IMG/VR virus record: IMGVR_UViG_3300033692_000022
Origin: a virus
Lineage: Duplodnaviria > Heunggongvirae > Uroviricota > Caudoviricetes
DNA: 64,000 nt
Reading direction: 5' to 3' (one strand)
The translations under genes were made by a program, and so were the position numbers. The notes beneath the pieces were generated by a model that ran no database searches, was not told where the DNA came from, and saw nothing but the letters and a program-made list of their open reading frames with translations. Of the stretch, positions 63,373-64,000 are shown piece after piece. Numbering within the stretch: position 1 is the stretch's first letter; each line of letters begins with the position of its first letter.

Positions 63373-64000
63373 ATGACAAACAAAGAAAAAGGAATTTTAG
63401 GACTAGTTATAGCAGGAGCAGTACTACTGTTAGCACTAATCGGTTTTTTCATGATTACGGAAAATATCGAACCAGGGTTTGTAGGATACGTCTATGATAG
63501 AACAATCGATCCAGACAGTCCCGAAGATAATGTAGTACCAGTATTACAAGGTACTTCTGTAATCGATAAGCCAAGATATGGTCTTGTATTTTTAAATCCA
63601 TTCACTCAGGAAATGTATATCTCTCCTACTACAGTGGTAAGTCGAAGCTGGACCAGGACAACCCAAGAAGGATCTAACCAAGATGATTCTATAGCAGCAG
63701 GAACAATCGAATCAAAAAATGTACCAGTAGATATTTATTTATCAGTACAGCCTTCAGATGTAGGTAAGATTATTAAAAACTGGGGTGTTGATAGAAGTTT
63801 CGAATCTATTGTTGATGATGAACTTTACGGAGTTATGAAGGGTGAGGTTAAGAAAGTAACCAGAAAAGTATCTGTTTATAACTTCCAGGCTAAAGTAGAA
63901 GAAATGCAGAAAGAAATATTTGAGAACTTAGACAAAGTACTCCAAACAAGATATGGTATTAAACTTGTTAGATTTGAGTTTGGTAATGTTCATATTCCAC
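63373..64000 (+). CDS. SPFH / band-7 (prohibitin-HflKC-like) membrane protein, 3'-partial at the window edge
   Basis: N-terminal TM (GILGLVIAGAVLLLALIGFFMI) followed by GFVGYVYDRT...VPVLQGTSVIDKPRYGLVFLNPFTQEMYISPTTV...DIYLSVQPSDV, typical of the SPFH domain start. No stop codon before the window end. Confidence 0.5.
   Translation, partial: MTNKEKGILGLVIAGAVLLLALIGFFMITENIEPGFVGYVYDRTIDPDSPEDNVVPVLQGTSVIDKPRYGLVFLNPFTQEMYISPTTVVSRSWTRTTQEGSNQDDSIAAGTIESKNVPVDIYLSVQPSDVGKIIKNWGVDRSFESIVDDELYGVMKGEVKKVTRKVSVYNFQAKVEEMQKEIFENLDKVLQTRYGIKLVRFEFGNVHIP

Noticed and set aside
1-64000. CRISPR arrays, tRNA or rRNA genes
   Set aside because: No evenly spaced direct repeats with unique spacers and no cloverleaf-compatible T-arm motif were found. 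The GC hairpins at 62.8–63.1 kb are irregular in sequence and spacing.

Overview
This window is an AT-rich segment of a large tailed-phage (or prophage) genome with nearly every gene on the + strand and AGGAGG-type ribosome-binding sites throughout.

**Layout**
- 1–47.9 kb is one virion structural module.
 - It opens with a tail-associated protein carrying a possible M15-like peptidase motif, followed by a P2-like baseplate order: spike-like, gp25/W-like, baseplate-J-like, I-position protein, then a 1541-aa fiber.
 - A vWA (MIDAS) domain structural protein follows.
 - Next comes a long array of giant Ig/FN3-rich tail fibers, phage-tail-collar-domain fibers and HxH-repeat fibers.
 - Six fiber genes share a conserved ~55-aa N-terminal anchor domain.
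 - The fiber array includes a tandemly duplicated pair of multi-kb tail proteins and an SNase-like nuclease gene.
 - The module ends with four paralogous large proteins carrying discoidin-like carbohydrate-binding domains.
- 47.9–50.0 kb is a lysis cassette: membrane or holin-like proteins and an Amidase_3 endolysin.
- A consensus sigma-70 promoter at 50163–50191 starts an early replication and recombination module:
 - Rad52-family single-strand annealing protein, AEP primase-polymerase, and a tyrosine integrase on the minus strand.
 - DnaB-like helicase, ThyX, two Cas4-like PD-(D/E)XK nucleases, RuvC and a sigma factor.
- The window ends with a GC-hairpin-rich regulatory region and a partial SPFH membrane protein.

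**Main hunt result**
At least five places in the tail genes show a conserved domain that continues in the −1 frame with no start codon available. Each break is repairable by adding one base to a short A or T run. A sixth junction is +1. These could be homopolymer sequencing errors or programmed frameshifts.

No CRISPR array, tRNA or rRNA was found.
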